A stretch of DNA of 64,000 bases from an uncultured Candidatus Rokubacteria bacterium. GTDB lineage: Bacteria > Methylomirabilota > Methylomirabilia > Rokubacteriales > CSP1-6. This document shows positions 52,843-61,617 of this stretch, piece by piece. Location of the stretch: the NCBI GenBank assembly GCA_963754315.1, contig CAVWFS010000008.1:32001-96000 (forward strand), in the 5' to 3' direction. The notes under the pieces are model-generated. The model did no database searches and was not told where the DNA came from. It saw only the letters and a list, made by a program, of their open reading frames with translations. The first letter of the stretch is position 1. Every line of letters starts with the position of its first letter. Made by a program: the position numbers and the translations under genes.

Positions 52843-53822
52843 TGCCGGACCGCGCCCTCCTCGGCCGTGGCGGGCGCCGGCGCCGCGGCCGGAAGGGTCC
52901 GCCGCGCGAGGCGGGCCACGAGGCCGACCAGACCGTCGCGGAAGAAACGGCCAATCAGGATGACGATCAACGCGAACACCAGCATGTGCCGGACGCCGAC
53001 GGCCCGGAGAGCCTCGGAGGTGACCTCGACCAGCACGGCCCCGACGAGGGGACCGGTCGCCGTTCCCATGCCGCCGATGACCACCATGCTGATCACCAGG
53101 CCGGTCTGGAGGATCAATCCCATTTCGGGGCTGGCGAGCTGGAGGAAGTGCACGAACAGCGCGCCCGCCAGCCCGCAGCCGGCGCTGCTCACGGTGAACG
53201 CGAGCGTCTTGTAGCGGACGACGTCGACACCACGTCCCATGGCACCGAGCTCGTCGTCACGGATCGCGCGGAAGTAGAGACCGGCCCGACTCCGAAGCAG
53301 CCACACCAGCACGAGCTGATAGGCGACGAGGATACCGAGAAACAGATAGAAGGTAGGGATCTTGTCTCCCCTGAAGATGCCGCTCACACTGAGTCCCAGA
53401 TCGCCGCGCGTGATCTCGATCGAGTTCGCGATCACCAGTCTCAGGATTTCTGCGAAGGCCAGGGTGGTGAGGGCCAGGTAAGCGCCTCTCAGACGGAGGG
53501 TCACGCGTCCGAGGGCGAAGCCGATCAGGGCCGACACTACCACACCAGCCGGGATTCCCACCCCCGGCCCCAGACTCCCGTGATGGTGGAGCAGACCGGT
53601 GGTGTAGGCGCCGACCATCGCGAAGGCGGCAGGAGCCATGGAGAAGAGACCGGTGATGCCGGCCAGCAGGTTCCAGCTCACGGCAAGCATGGCGAAGTAC
53701 AGGGCCGTGATCAGGATGCCGAGCCAGTACTCCGATCGCACCCAAAGGGGTAGGAGGCCTAGTCCGATCAGGACCAGAAACGACAGGACAAAGTCGGTGG
53801 AGGACAGCGCGATCCGTCGCAT
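52839..53822 (-). CDS. LivM-type ABC permease
   Basis: LRLRGAYLALTTLAF, VIGGMGT; hydrophobic. Confidence 0.9.
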   Translation of the reverse strand: MRRIALSSTDFVLSFLVLIGLGLLPLWVRSEYWLGILITALYFAMLAVSWNLLAGITGLFSMAPAAFAMVGAYTTGLLHHHGSLGPGVGIPAGVVVSALIGFALGRVTLRLRGAYLALTTLAFAEILRLVIANSIEITRGDLGLSVSGIFRGDKIPTFYLFLGILVAYQLVLVWLLRSRAGLYFRAIRDDELGAMGRGVDVVRYKTLAFTVSSAGCGLAGALFVHFLQLASPEMGLILQTGLVISMVVIGGMGTATGPLVGAVLVEVTSEALRAVGVRHMLVFALIVILIGRFFRDGLVGLVARLARRTLPAAAPAPATAEEGAVRQ

Positions 53823-53824
53823 GT

Positions 53825-54715
53825 CTAGACTTCGCGCGTGCGCTCGCCGAAGAGCCCGTGGGGCCGGAGGAGAAGCACCAGCATCAGGATGACGAAGCCG
53901 AAGGTGTCGCGGTACTCGTAGGACAGGTAGATCGCGCCGAAGTTCTCGAGCACCCCCAGCAAAAGCCCGCCCACGATTGAGCCCGCGATCGACCCCATGC
54001 CGCCCAGGACGACCACCACGAACGACTTCACGGCCGGGAAGGCGCCCACGTCCGGGTAGGCGTGGAAGAGCGGTGCGAGCAACGCCCCGGACAGGGCGAC
54101 GACACCGCCCGACATGGCGAGAACGAGCGTGCTCACGCGCGTGTGGTCGATGCCGACGATGGCGGCGCCAAAGCGGTTCTGGGCGACCGCTTGTACTCGT
54201 TTCCCCCACACCGTGCCGCGGATGATCCAGACCACGGCCCCCAAAGTCAGGACGCCGAGCGCGCTCGCCAGGAGCCGATGGGGACTCACGAACATCCCGA
54301 ACAGCTCGATGCGTGAGGTAGCCGTGAGGTCAGGGCCCTTCAGCGGGTAGGGTCCCATCAGCTGATGCACCAGGTTGATCAGGAAGAGCGACAGACCGAA
54401 CGTGACGATGATGGCGTACTCGTCGCGCAGGGGGCCCCCTCCCACCTGACCGGTGTAGAGCGGCCGCAACAGCAGGCGCTCGACGACGACTCCCGCCAGC
54501 GCTCCCAGCAGCACGGCCGAGAGCAGGGCCGGCACTGCTGGCACGCCGGCTCGCAGCACGAGCACCGAGTAGGCATAGGCGCCGAGCATGAAAAACTCGC
54601 CGTGGGCGAAGTTCACGACCTTCAGGATCCCGAAGATCAGGGTGAGCCCGAGCGCCATCAACGCATAGAAGACGCCCATCAGGAGCCCCGTGAAGACGAT
54701 CTCGAAGACGAGCAC
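53825..54715 (-). CDS. LivH-type ABC permease
   Basis: ALGLTLIFG..VNFAHG, VVLGGMGS. Confidence 0.92.
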   Translation of the reverse strand: MLVFEIVFTGLLMGVFYALMALGLTLIFGILKVVNFAHGEFFMLGAYAYSVLVLRAGVPAVPALLSAVLLGALAGVVVERLLLRPLYTGQVGGGPLRDEYAIIVTFGLSLFLINLVHQLMGPYPLKGPDLTATSRIELFGMFVSPHRLLASALGVLTLGAVVWIIRGTVWGKRVQAVAQNRFGAAIVGIDHTRVSTLVLAMSGGVVALSGALLAPLFHAYPDVGAFPAVKSFVVVVLGGMGSIAGSIVGGLLLGVLENFGAIYLSYEYRDTFGFVILMLVLLLRPHGLFGERTREV

Positions 54716-54725
54716 GAGTCGGATC

Positions 54726-54762
54726 CCGGAGCGAGCAGCCCGACTGGGGCTGCCCGCTCCGG
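54726..54762 (-). other. Intercistronic stem-loop after the substrate-binding protein gene
   Basis: CCGGAGCGAGCAGCCC...GGGCTGCCCGCTCCGG, a 16-bp stem. Confidence 0.55.
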
Positions 54763-54771
54763 ATTAGCGCT

Positions 54772-55989
54772 TCACCGCGCGGGGCGCATCAGCTTGTCGA
54801 CCGTCAGCTCCATCCCCGGACCCTGGACGAGCAAGGTGTCGGGAAGCTGCTGCCCCTTGGCCGTGAGCTGATACGTCACGAACGGAATGTTCTTCCACTG
54901 CTGGAAATAGATCCCCGGCTCCTTGTCGAAGGTGACCACACCGAGCACGCCCTCGAACCGGGTGTCGCGCAGGGCCTTGATGACCGCATCAGCCTCGGTG
55001 GACCGCGCCCGGGCCATGGCATCGGCCAGGAGAAAGAGCGAATCAGCGGCCTGGAAGATGAGGCGATTGGGCTCCCGCTTCTCCTTGGCCATGTAGGCTT
55101 CGCGGACGTCCTTGCCGAGCTTGGTGAGGGCGACCTTCGGATGATAGAGCCCGAAGGAGATCAGGCCGACCCCGGCGTCCTTCACGTTGTCCCAGAACTC
55201 GGGATAGTCGGCCACGCCGGCGCCGTCGTAGAGCCACGTCTGCTTGCTGGGAGCGATGCCATTCTCGTAGAGCTGGTTCATGAGCAAATAGGACGCGGGG
55301 GGAATCATGATCGTCACGATCATGTCCGGACGCTCGGCCTTGAGGGGTAGCACCGCCGGCGTGAAGTCCTTGGCGGCTCGGTCCAGCACGCGCGAGGTGA
55401 ACTTGACGTCGGGCGCCCCCTTGGCCAGCGCCTTCTTCATCGCCTCGGCCTGGCCGGTACCGTAGTCGGTGTTCTCGGCGAAAGCCACGACGTTCTTCAC
55501 CTTCATGCGGGCGATAACGTCGGCCATGGCCTCCGCCACGCGGGTGTTGTAGTTCGAGCGGTTGAACACTTGCGGATAGCCCTTGAGGCGGACCGCGTCC
55601 GACCAGGCATTGGTATTCACGAGGGGAATGTTGTAGCGGTGGGCCACGTCGATGTCGGCCAGGGTCACCGAGCTGGCGTGCTCGCCAGTGATGGCGACCA
55701 CCTTGTCGCGCGTGATGAGCTTCTCCACGGCGGCCCGGCCCTTCTCCGGGATCCCCTGATGATCTTCATAGAGAATCTCGATCTTCTTGCCGAGGACGCC
55801 ACCGGCCTTGTTGAGCATTTCCTGAGCAATGGTGAGCCCGTCGCGCACCTCTTTACCCTGGGCCACCGAACCAGGGGGAGACATGGCGATAGGTGCGCCG
55901 ATCTTGATCGTCTCCTGGGCGGAGGCGGTGGCCACACCAACGAGCCACATGCCCAGCCCTACAAGCGTCAACCACTGTCGTGTGCTCAT
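54772..55989 (-). CDS. LivK-like ABC substrate-binding protein
   Basis: Signal peptide ASA-Q; GGVLGKKIE, ENTDYG. Confidence 0.9.
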   Translation of the reverse strand: MSTRQWLTLVGLGMWLVGVATASAQETIKIGAPIAMSPPGSVAQGKEVRDGLTIAQEMLNKAGGVLGKKIEILYEDHQGIPEKGRAAVEKLITRDKVVAITGEHASSVTLADIDVAHRYNIPLVNTNAWSDAVRLKGYPQVFNRSNYNTRVAEAMADVIARMKVKNVVAFAENTDYGTGQAEAMKKALAKGAPDVKFTSRVLDRAAKDFTPAVLPLKAERPDMIVTIMIPPASYLLMNQLYENGIAPSKQTWLYDGAGVADYPEFWDNVKDAGVGLISFGLYHPKVALTKLGKDVREAYMAKEKREPNRLIFQAADSLFLLADAMARARSTEADAVIKALRDTRFEGVLGVVTFDKEPGIYFQQWKNIPFVTYQLTAKGQQLPDTLLVQGPGMELTVDKLMRPAR

Positions 55990-56019
55990 GTGCGCTCCTT
56001 TCGATCAGGTTCGTGGGGG

Positions 56020-56709
56020 TCAGCGGCTCGCGGCGCGCAGCGCTTCCACATAGTCCTCGGTCGTCGTCACCCAGCCGAAGAACCGCTCGACGTTCTCGAC
56101 CGTCGCCTCGTGCAACGTGGCGGGACCGGACGCGAGGCTACAGTCGCTGACCCAGAGGGGAAAGTACTCGAGGAAGAACGCGTCCCTCAGGGTGGATTCC
56201 ACGCACACGTTGCTCGCCACGCCCGTGAAGACGAGAAAGCGGATCCCCCGTTCGCGCAGGAGCATGTCGAGATTGGTCCCGAAGAAGCCGCTGTAGCGGG
56301 GTTTGTGGACGATGAGGTCGGACGGATCTGGCTTGAGGTCGTCGACGAGGGCATAGTCCCAGGAACCCTGGATCATCAAGGTTCCATCGAGATCAGGGCG
56401 CCTGCGCATGAGGCGGAGCGCATTGGCCTTGTGATAGTTCGGCGAGTTGGGACCACCGGCGTCACGCAGGTCCGGGCGCCAGCCCATCTGGAGAAACACG
56501 ACCGGCATGCCGGCCGGCCGGGAAGCGGCCAGGACGCGCTGAACGTTCCGGATGACCTTCTCAGCGCCGGAGATGTCTACTCCGAACAGGTCGAGGTAAC
56601 CGCCCTTGGCGGCGAAGGCGTTTTGCATGTCCACCACCAGAACGGCGGTCTCGGTGGGCTCGAGCGTCAGGGACTCGGGTCGGGCGGTGACCGGTACGCC
56701 TCGTCTCAT
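56020..56709 (-). CDS. rutB: Ureidoacrylate amidohydrolase RutB-like isochorismatase
   Basis: VVDMQNAF..GGYLD, AGGPNSPNYHKANAL, KPRYSGF, ASNVCVESTLRD.FFLEYF. Confidence 0.8.
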   Translation of the reverse strand: MRRGVPVTARPESLTLEPTETAVLVVDMQNAFAAKGGYLDLFGVDISGAEKVIRNVQRVLAASRPAGMPVVFLQMGWRPDLRDAGGPNSPNYHKANALRLMRRRPDLDGTLMIQGSWDYALVDDLKPDPSDLIVHKPRYSGFFGTNLDMLLRERGIRFLVFTGVASNVCVESTLRDAFFLEYFPLWVSDCSLASGPATLHEATVENVERFFGWVTTTEDYVEALRAASR

Positions 56710-56864
56710 CCGGGGGCCTCCTCGGTGGCCGGCGCCCGGCCCGCAACCAGACAGGCGCCGGCACGCCAGTGTGGTTGCAGCTATCAGAGCGGATTCTCAC
56801 TCGAAATGCAATACTGCCCCCGATAGAATCGTCGCGGGCGAGGACCCAGGCCCACGCGTCCACC

Positions 56865-57608
56865 ATGAAGATCAAGATCATCAATCCGAACACGACCGAG
56901 AGCATGACGCGCAAGATCGGCGAGGCCGCGCGGGCGGCGGCTGCTCCCGGCACGGACGTGGTCGCGGTGAGCCCGGCCGCCGGGCCGGTATCGATCGAGG
57001 GCCACTATGACGAGGCGGTGAGCGTCATCGGACTCCTGGAGGAGGTCCAGCAGGGTGAGGCCGAGGGGGTGGACGGCTACGTCATCGCCTGCTTCGGCGA
57101 CCCTGGGCTCCTGGCCGCCCGCGAGGCGGCGCGCGGACCGGTGCTGGGCATCGCCGAGGCGGCCATGCACGCCGCGAGCTTCGTGGCGACCGGCTTCTCC
57201 ATCGTGACCACCTTGGCCCGCACGCGAGTCATCGCGCAGCACCTGGTCGCGACCTACGGGATGACTCCCTTCTGTCGCGGGATCCGGGCCACCGATCTGG
57301 CCGTGCTCGATCTCGAGAAGCCGGGATCCCAGGCGCGCGGCGTTGTGCTCGAGGAGTGCCGGCGGGCGCTGACCGAGGATGGGGCAGGAGCCATCGTGCT
57401 CGGCTGCGCAGGCATGGCTGACCTTGCCGCCGAGATCCAGCACGCCCTGCGCGTCCCCGTCATCGATGGGGTGGCGGCCGCGGTCGGATTCGTCGAGGTG
57501 CTGGTCCGGCTCGGTCTCGGCACGAGCAAGGTAGGGGATCTGGCCTACCCGCTCCCCAAGGCGTATCTGGGCTGGCTCTCGCGCCTCACGCCGTCTCGGG
57601 AAAGATAG
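56865..57608 (+). CDS. Hydantoin/allantoin racemase (Asp/Glu racemase family)
   Basis: INPNTT, GPVSIEGHYDE, IACFGDPG, LGCAGM. Confidence 0.88.
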   Translation: MKIKIINPNTTESMTRKIGEAARAAAAPGTDVVAVSPAAGPVSIEGHYDEAVSVIGLLEEVQQGEAEGVDGYVIACFGDPGLLAAREAARGPVLGIAEAAMHAASFVATGFSIVTTLARTRVIAQHLVATYGMTPFCRGIRATDLAVLDLEKPGSQARGVVLEECRRALTEDGAGAIVLGCAGMADLAAEIQHALRVPVIDGVAAAVGFVEVLVRLGLGTSKVGDLAYPLPKAYLGWLSRLTPSRER

Positions 57609-58485
57609 GCGTGCCGTCGCGGCCGCTCTCACGGAGGGCCCAGTAGAGACCGTGGACCCGCTGGCCCAAGGGACCCGGCTTTCCATCGCCGATCGGATGC
57701 CCGTCGATCTCCACCAGGGGCATGATGCCTCCTGCCGTACTGGTGAGGAAGACCTCGTCGGCGGCATAGAGATCGTAGGCCGTGAGTTGCGCCTCGCGGG
57801 CTGGGATCTGATGCTCGGCGGCCAGCTCGAACACGGTCTGGCGCGTGATTCCCATCAGGATGCCCTCGGGAGGTGAGAACAACACGCCGCCCTTGACCAG
57901 GAAGACATTGAAGCCGGGGCCCTCGGTGACGTGGCCGTCCAGGTCGAGCATAAGCGACACGTCCATCCCGGCCGCTTTGCCTTGCAGCATGGCCAGATCG
58001 AAGTGCAGCCGGCTCAGCGACTTGATCTTGGGATCCAGACACTGAGCGGGCAGCGCGCGCGTGGAGGCGATCATCGCGCGGCCCCCGGCCCGGATTTGCT
58101 CCGGGTTGAGAATGAACACGTAGGGAATGGCGAAGACGATCAGGCCCGGCCGACACTTCGTGAGGTCGCGCACCCCGAAGGGTGGCTCGCCGCGGGTCAC
58201 GATGGTCTGGATATAGGCGTTTCGCAGGCCCGACCGTCGGGTCGTCTCGATGATCACGGCGCGCAGCTCTTCCTGCGAAAGTGGGCAGGGGATCCGGGCC
58301 GCCCGCAAGGATAACTCCAGGCGGTCGAGGTGGGCGGAGAGCTTGAAGATGCGCCCGTTCCAGGCCGAGGTCGTGTCGAAGACTGCGTCGCCGCGGAGGA
58401 ACCCGACGTCGAAGATCGAGATCCGCGCCTGGTCCCTTGGCACGTACTCGCCGTTGACGTAGGCCACCAGTGACTCGTCACTCAT
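57586..58485 (-). CDS. Class IV (fold IV) aminotransferase
   Basis: DVGFLRGDAVFDT, HLDRL, DPKIKS, EGPGFN, GITR, TSTAGG. Confidence 0.9.
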   Translation of the reverse strand: MSDESLVAYVNGEYVPRDQARISIFDVGFLRGDAVFDTTSAWNGRIFKLSAHLDRLELSLRAARIPCPLSQEELRAVIIETTRRSGLRNAYIQTIVTRGEPPFGVRDLTKCRPGLIVFAIPYVFILNPEQIRAGGRAMIASTRALPAQCLDPKIKSLSRLHFDLAMLQGKAAGMDVSLMLDLDGHVTEGPGFNVFLVKGGVLFSPPEGILMGITRQTVFELAAEHQIPAREAQLTAYDLYAADEVFLTSTAGGIMPLVEIDGHPIGDGKPGPLGQRVHGLYWALRESGRDGTPIFPETA

Positions 58486-58538
58486 CGATCTCCTCCTCGG
58501 TTTCAGCATATCTGAATTCGTTCAGGTCTGCCGGTGCT

Positions 58539-59115
58539 ATGACGCCATCACTGGACCTCACCCGAGTGGCCGTGGTCGGCGTCAGTTGCTCGGGGAAGAG
58601 CACGTTCGCGCGGCGGCTCGCGGACACTCTCGGCGTACCGTGCGTTGAGCTGGATGCCCTCTACTGGGGTCCCCGCTGGACGCCGCGGTCCGAATTCCGG
58701 CAAGACGTCATAGCGGCAGCTCGGAAGCCTCGATGGGTGATGGACGGCAACATACTCCGCCGTGCGCGAAATCGTCTGGGGCCGGTGCACAGCCATCGTC
58801 TGGCTTGACTACTCGTTCGCGCGCGTGTTTTCCCGGGCGCTTCGCCGCACCGCGCGCCGGATCGTTACCGGCGAACGCTTGTACGCCGGCAATCTGGAGA
58901 CGATCCGGGGGGCGCTGCTCGATCCCACGGGGATCCCGTGGTGGGTACTGCGGACCTACTGGAAGCGGCGCCGTGAGTTTCCTGAGCTCTTGCGGCGACC
59001 GGAGTACGCCCCCGCCGCGGTGTTCCGCTTTAAGACGCCGGCGGCGGCCGCGGCGTTTCTCTCGGAGTGCGCTGGCTCGGACTGCGGAGCGGGCCGCCCA
59101 GACAGGCGCGGATAG
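58539..59115 (+). CDS. Adenylate kinase-like P-loop protein (FlaR-like), frameshift near 58752
   Basis: GVSCSGKST, ELDALYWGP, WVMDGN, IVWLDY. Confidence 0.8.
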
Positions 59116-59118
59116 AGC

Positions 59119-60348
59119 ATGGGCGCTACGTCGCGTCACCGCGCGCCCTGGCGCTGGATCCCTCCGCCTGGTTTGGTCACCGGCCGGGGCACGGCGGTCC
59201 GCCTCCGGATCGACAACCCGCTCTCGCCGCTCCTCGATCCCGGCTTCGTCGAGGCGTCGATCCGACGACACTATCAGCCGCTGCTCGACCCCGCCCTCAC
59301 CGATATTCTTTCCACCCGATACCCACAAGGCATCCGCTTCGCAATCAATGGCGAGCCGTTGCATGCCCAGGGCTGGATGGCAGCGGAGACGGCCCCCATC
59401 GCCGTGCGAGTCGCGCGCAAGCGCAAGCCATCGGCGGCGGGCTACCTGGTGCGTGACCGCCTCCCGCTCCCTGAGGAACAGCGCGGCGTTGCCATCAGTA
59501 CGTTCGGCAAGGTGATCCGGCGGGGTTGGGACTGGCTCGGGATAACGACGAGCGCGGCCGCCCACGTGGGGGGCCTCATAGAGGCCCCGGCGCTCGCCGA
59601 ATGCCTCACGCTCAACAAGGCGGATTTCATCCGCGCCGGTGCCCGCGCGGCGACGTGGCTGCTCTATCGCAAGGCGATCCAGGAAGCCGTGTCGCGCCAG
59701 CTTGCCGCCTGGGGCGACGTGCACGACGCGGGCGAGCAGAACCGCCGGCGCGCCGCCCGGCCCGTCGAACGCGACCTCGAAACCGTGCTGCTCGATCTGG
59801 CTGACCGCTTTCCGCTCCTCGCGTCGTTGGTGGAGAAGCACGTGGGTGGCCAGCGGCGGCTCTTGGTGGGGCGCGCAACCACGGCCACACGCTCGGCGAG
59901 GCGCTCGAGCAGGCGTCTCTGCGCGTCGTCGAGCCAGCCACCGCGGACGGCACGGGCCCCACTACGGACGGCCGCCCCGGAGAACGGCCGACGGGCGACA
60001 TGCCAGAATCGCCGCCGTCGGCGGCCGCCATCGCGAATTCACCAGTGAACCAGGGCGCCGCGCCGCGGGCCGCGCGATACGGGTTGAGCATCCAGTTCGA
60101 GCCGCGGCCGGAGCGACCCCGAGCTTGGACGCCTGGTGGAATCCACCGTGTGGGTCAACGAGGCCCATCCGGCCTACAGGCGAGCCGCCGCCTCGCGCTC
60201 CGAGGGCTACCACGTGGCGCTCGCCTGCGCCATGGCGCTGGCGGCGGTCGCCGTGGAGCCGGCCAAGGAGCACGCTTTCATCACCGTGTTTCTTGCCAGC
60301 TGGGGGGAGGTTGTCGAGCGCCGCCGTCGGCCCCGACGCCGGCGCTGA
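59119..60348 (+). pseudogene. Probably 5'-truncated, frameshifted conserved protein (possibly the C-terminal part of a GHKL-type ATP-binding protein)
   Basis: Protein-like blocks (STFGKVIRRGWDWLG, LTLNKADF, RYGLSIQFE, STVWVNEAHPAY) span three frames; family assignment tentative. Confidence 0.5.
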
Positions 60349-60431
60349 AGGCCCCGGCCGACACGGAGGTATTGCTGGGTACGGACGGCATTGCTAAAGT
60401 GGCCATATCGTCCGTATCGAAGAGCAAGGCT

Positions 60432-60623
60432 ATGACGACCACAGTGAAGAAGACCTACAATCTCGACGCCAGAATGATCGACAGAGTCCGGCGCCTCTTC
60501 GGCGTGAAGATTGACACCGAGGCCATCCGGAAGGCGCTGGGCAAGGCGATCGAAGACCGGGAAGTGGAGGAGCGACTGGACGCCCTCCTTAAGAAGGGCC
60601 GGTTCCGTACCGTCTACCGGTGA
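60432..60623 (+). CDS. VapB-like antitoxin
   Basis: KKTYNLDARMIDRVRRLFG..DTEAIRKAL; upstream inverted repeat TACGGACG...CGTCCGTA; GTGA overlap with a PIN relic. Confidence 0.75.
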   Translation: MTTTVKKTYNLDARMIDRVRRLFGVKIDTEAIRKALGKAIEDREVEERLDALLKKGRFRTVYR

Positions 60624-60859
60624 AGTATCTTCTCGACACGAATGTCTAAATTGAAGCCACCCGGTCAGAGCTAAAGCGAGCACAGTTTCGCTCGGTGTTG
60701 CCGGGGATGCTCAACGACGTCCTCATCGCCCTCTGCGCTCGCCAGATCGGAGCTACGCTCCTGACCTACAATCGCGATGACTTCCTGCTCATCCAACGGC
60801 ATCTGGATTTCTCGCTGCGCGCTCTCACGGGGCATGATCCGGGTAGGACTACCCCATGA
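60620..60859 (+). pseudogene. vapC: Inactivated vapC
   Basis: VKYLLDTNV-TAA(60647)-IEA...NDVLIALCARQIGATLLTYNRDDF; only 80 codons, central part deleted. Confidence 0.8.
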
Positions 60860-61617
60860 CCGAAGCAGCGACGATCCAGTTGGAAGTGACGGGTCCCGTG
60901 GCCCGCATGACATTCGACCGGCCAGAAGTGCTGAACGCGGGCAATGCGCGGTTTGTCGTCGAGCTCGGCGAAGCGGTGGCGGCGATCGCGGCCCTCCCTG
61001 ACGTGCGGGTGGTCGTCATGACCGGCGCCGGCCGTGCGTTTCAGACGGGAGTGGATCTCAAGGCACTGGCCGCCGGAGAACTGGCGCTCGCGGACCTCGT
61101 CAGGTGGGAAGACGCGATGACCGCCATCGAGCGAATGGACAAGCTGTTCGTGGCGGGGATCAACGGGCATTGCATCGGCGGTGGGCTCCAGCTGGCGCTT
61201 GTGTGTGACTACCGGCTGGCGGTCGAGGACGCGCTGCTCAGCCTGCCGGCCGTCAAGGAGTGTCTGATTCCCTCGATGGCCCTCTACCGTCTCCCGCGAC
61301 TGATCGGTCTGGCGCGAGCGAAGGAGCTGATCCTGCTGGGGGAATCGATCACCGCGCGCGAGGGTGAGCGCATCGGCCTCGTGAACCGGGCGGTGGCGCG
61401 GGCAGACTTTACCAAGGCGCTCGACGAGACGGTGGAGCGGTTCCTGGCCCTGCCGGTGGTCAGCGCGATGGCGAGCAAGCGCCTGAGCACGCGCGCCTTC
61501 GATCTCGACTTCGAGACGTTCCGCCAGGAGATGAACGCGGCCCTGGCCGGGTGCTTCACGTCCGACGAGCACACGCGCGCGATGGCCAACATCCGCTCGA
61601 GACAACGGAGAGCATAG
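60856..61617 (+). CDS. Enoyl-CoA hydratase/isomerase family protein
   Basis: RPEVLNA, AFQTGVDL, INGHCIGGGLQLALVCD. Confidence 0.9.
   Translation: MTEAATIQLEVTGPVARMTFDRPEVLNAGNARFVVELGEAVAAIAALPDVRVVVMTGAGRAFQTGVDLKALAAGELALADLVRWEDAMTAIERMDKLFVAGINGHCIGGGLQLALVCDYRLAVEDALLSLPAVKECLIPSMALYRLPRLIGLARAKELILLGESITAREGERIGLVNRAVARADFTKALDETVERFLALPVVSAMASKRLSTRAFDLDFETFRQEMNAALAGCFTSDEHTRAMANIRSRQRRA
61242..61610 (+). repeat. 369-bp direct repeat, copy 1
   Basis: Matches 63519..63887 with about 5 substitutions seen by eye. Confidence 0.92.
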
